Under the pieces are notes generated by a model. It saw only the letters and a program-made list of their open reading frames with translations, was not told the DNA's origin and made no database searches. From positions 311,364,001-311,428,000 of the forward strand of contig NC_091283.1 in the NCBI RefSeq assembly GCF_032444005.1: DNA of 64,000 nucleotides, given 5' to 3'. The first letter of the stretch is position 1. Every line of letters starts with the position of its first letter. This DNA comes from Ranitomeya imitator (taxonomy: Eukaryota). Position numbers and translations under genes: made by a program. Below are positions 61,284-64,000 of this stretch, in pieces.

Positions 61284-62949
61284 CAACAATGAGTTAATTG
61301 CATCTTAGAAGAAGGGAGGACAGGTTTTGAGCCATTTTTTTTTCCTTAGCCTGTTTTTTCTTTTCCTCCCTCTTAATCTCTGGGTGGCTGCGGAACCTAG
61401 TAATAACATAAATGTTCAGGAGTTAGTTTCTCGTGTGGATCAGCTTGCTGCTAGGGTACAGGGTATTTCAGATTATATTGTTCAGACTCCTGCCTTAGAA
61501 CCTAAGATTCCCACTCCTGATTTATTCTTTGGTGACAGATCCAAATTTTTGAGTTTCAAAAATAACTGTTTTTTGCATTGAGACCCCGGTCCTCTGGTGA
61601 TCCCATTCAACAGGTTAAGATCATCATATCCCTGCTGCGTGGTGACCCACAGGATTGAGCATTTTCCCTGGAAACTGGCAATCCTGCTTTGCTTAATGTT
61701 GACTCTTTCTTTCAAGCATTGGGGTTATTGTATGATGAGACTAATTCTGTGGATCAAGCTGAGAAGATCTTGTTGGCCCTGTGTCAGGGTCAAGAAGCGA
61801 CAGAATCGTATTGCCAGAAATTTAGAAAATGGTCTGTACTGACTAAATGGAATGAGGATGCCGTGGCGGCAAATTTCAGAAAGGGTCTTTCTGAATCCGT
61901 TAAAGATGTTATGGTGGGATTCCCCACGCCTGCTGGTCTGAGTGATTCTATGTCTCTGGCCATTCAGATTGATCGGCGCTTGCGCGAGCGCAGAGTTTTG
62001 CACACTGTGGCGTTGTCCTCTGAGCGGAGTCCTGAGCCTATGCAGTGTGATAGGATTTTCTCTAGAGCTGAACGTTAAGGATTCAGGCGTCAGAATGGGT
62101 TGTGTTTTTACTGCGGCGATTCTGCTCATGTTATTTCTGATTGCCCTAAGCGTACTAAGAGAATCGCTAGTTCTGTTACCATCAGTACTGTACAACCTAA
62201 ATTTCTGTTATCTGTGACCTTGATCTGCTCATTATCATCATTTTCTGTCATGGTATTTGTGGATTCAGGCGCCGCTCTGAACTTAATGGACTTAGAATTT
62301 GCCAGACGTTGTGGTTTCCCCTTGCAACCTTTGAAGAACCCTATTCCTTTAAGGGGCATTGATGCTACACCGTTGGCTATAAATAAACCTCAGTTTTGGA
62401 CACAGCTGACCATGCGCATGGCGCCAGCCCATCAGGAAGATTGTCGTTTTCTGGTGTTGAATAATTTGCATGATGATATTGTGCTGGGTTTTCCATGGTT
62501 ACAGGTACATAATCCGGTGTTGGATTGGAGATCTATGTCTGTGACTAGTTGGGGTTCTCAGGGGGTTCATGGTCACGTTCCTTTGATGTCAATTTCCTCT
62601 TCCCCCTATTCAATGAGCCCAAATCCAGTTCCCTTCCACCGCATAGGGACTGTGATTGTGCTATTGACTTGATTTCAGGTTGTAAGTTCCCTAAGGGCCG
62701 ACTTTTCAACCTGTCTGTGCCAGAACATGCCACTATGCGGAGCTATATTAAGGAGTCTTTGGAGAAGGGGCATATTCGGCCATCTTCTTCACCATTGGGA
62801 GCAGGTTTTTTTTTTTGTTGCCAAGAAGGATGGCTCCTTGAGACCCTGTATTGATTATCGCCTCCTGAATAAGAGCACGGTCAAATTTTAATACCCTTTG
62901 CCTTTGCTTACTGATTTGTTTGCTAGGATTAAGGGGGCTAGCTGGTTTA

Positions 62950-63405
62950 AAATCAACACCACTTGGAGCTGTCTTAGCAGCTACTTAAAGGTCAACGACA
63001 ATCTATATTATACCAATAGGAACCCTTTATGTACTAAAGATAACACAGATAAAATATAGCTTTTAATTAATATACCTATTAAAACCATGCCACAAATACA
63101 ACCAGATAAACGCATAAAACACACAACTGTGCACTCTGGGATAACCCTGCCAAACAATACCTCTTAGTACTGCCTACAGCAAGTGCTGGTCTTTATGTGA
63201 CACCTATATTAGGATCCATACTAGGAGACATAGGGACAGCCGACGGTGAGTGGGGGCGCCAATCTCGTATCTGTGTTTAGGGTGCCAACCTCCACTGATA
63301 GGTAGGCAGTTGTACTTGTAGCATGGTTTTAATTGGTATATTAATTAAAAGCTATATTTTATCTTTGTTATCTTTAGTACATAAAGGGTTCCTATTGGTA
63401 TAATA
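62950..63405. mobile_element. Fold-back insertion F (~96-bp arms, 56-bp tail, 14-bp TSD) inside the Gypsy RT
   Basis: Arms ~63006-63101 and ~63310-63405; ggctagctggttta at 62936-62949 and 63406-63419; removal restores IKGASWF|TKIDLR. Confidence 0.8.
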
Positions 63406-64000
63406 GGCTAGCTGGTTTACTAAGATTGACCTTCGAGGTGCATAAAATCTTATTCGTATTAAGCAGGGTGACGAATGGAAAACTACATTTAATACGCCCG
63501 AAGGCCATTTTGAATACCTTGTGATGCCATTCGGACTCTCTAATGCCCCATCTGTGTTCCAGTCCTACATGCATGATATCTTTCGGAGTTATCTTGATAA
63601 ATTCATGGTTGTATATTTGGATGATATTTTGATTTTTTCAGATGATTGGGAGTCTCATGTGAAGCAGGTCAGGATGGTATTTCAGATCCTCCGTGATAAT
63701 GCTTTATTTGTGAAGGGGTCGAAGTGCCTCTTTGGAGTGCAGAAGGTTTCTTTTTTGGGCTTCATTTTTTCTCCCTCATCTGTAGAAATGGACCCGGTTA
63801 AGGTTCAGGCCATTCATGATTGGATTCAACCCACATCTGTGAAGAGCCTTCAGAAATTCTTAGGCTTTGCTAATTTTTCTCGTCGTTTCATTGCCAACTT
63901 CTCCAGTGTGGTTAAGCCTCTGACCGATTTGACGAAGAAAGGCGCTGATATGACGAATTGGTCCTCCGCGGCTGTTTCTGCCTTTCAGGAGCTTAAACGC

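Larger units (their letters stand above)
55292..64000 (+). mobile_element. Second Tf1/sushi-type Gypsy element (degenerate), running off the window; its 5' LTR is split by PLE E
   Basis: LTR 55292-56017 plus 61238-61272; gag [63 protein letters not shown]; many frameshifts. Confidence 0.9.

Overview
Eukaryotic, transposon-saturated vertebrate DNA, most likely a frog (inferred from the exon architecture of the zinc-finger gene and the mix of TE families). There are no prokaryotic genes, rRNA, tRNA or CRISPR. One host gene is present: a 6-coding-exon KRAB-like C2H2 zinc-finger gene on the minus strand (25462 to 19832, 646 aa, 15 complete fingers, with a decayed tail of further fingers after the stop). 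Everything else is mobile DNA: a head-to-tail array of non-autonomous Helitrons (188-11368, plus copies at 16.1 and 48.4 kb), a near-intact chromodomain Gypsy element (33662-39746), a Gmr1-type Gypsy with integrase before RT (50892-55291), a second degenerate Tf1/sushi-type Gypsy (55292 to the window end), solo LTRs, L1, CR1 and L2 fragments, hAT, Harbinger and piggyBac-like non-autonomous elements, and several Penelope-like elements (PLEs). Two signals stand out. (1) Six mostly unrelated fold-back insertions (0.45-5.2 kb) are each bounded by a 14-16 bp target-site duplication, and most have a short unpaired tail on one side; two carry PLE RT and/or GIY-YIG coding sequence and four carry hammerhead-ribozyme motifs, including a 446-bp mini-element inserted in a PLE RT ORF. 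(2) Both Tf1/sushi-type Gypsy families lack a tRNA primer-binding site and instead show an 11-nt match between the post-LTR site and the sequence exactly 30 nt downstream of the LTR TATA box, a self-priming signature. All coordinates, alignments and folds were done by eye; family assignments rest on motif recognition, not on database searches.
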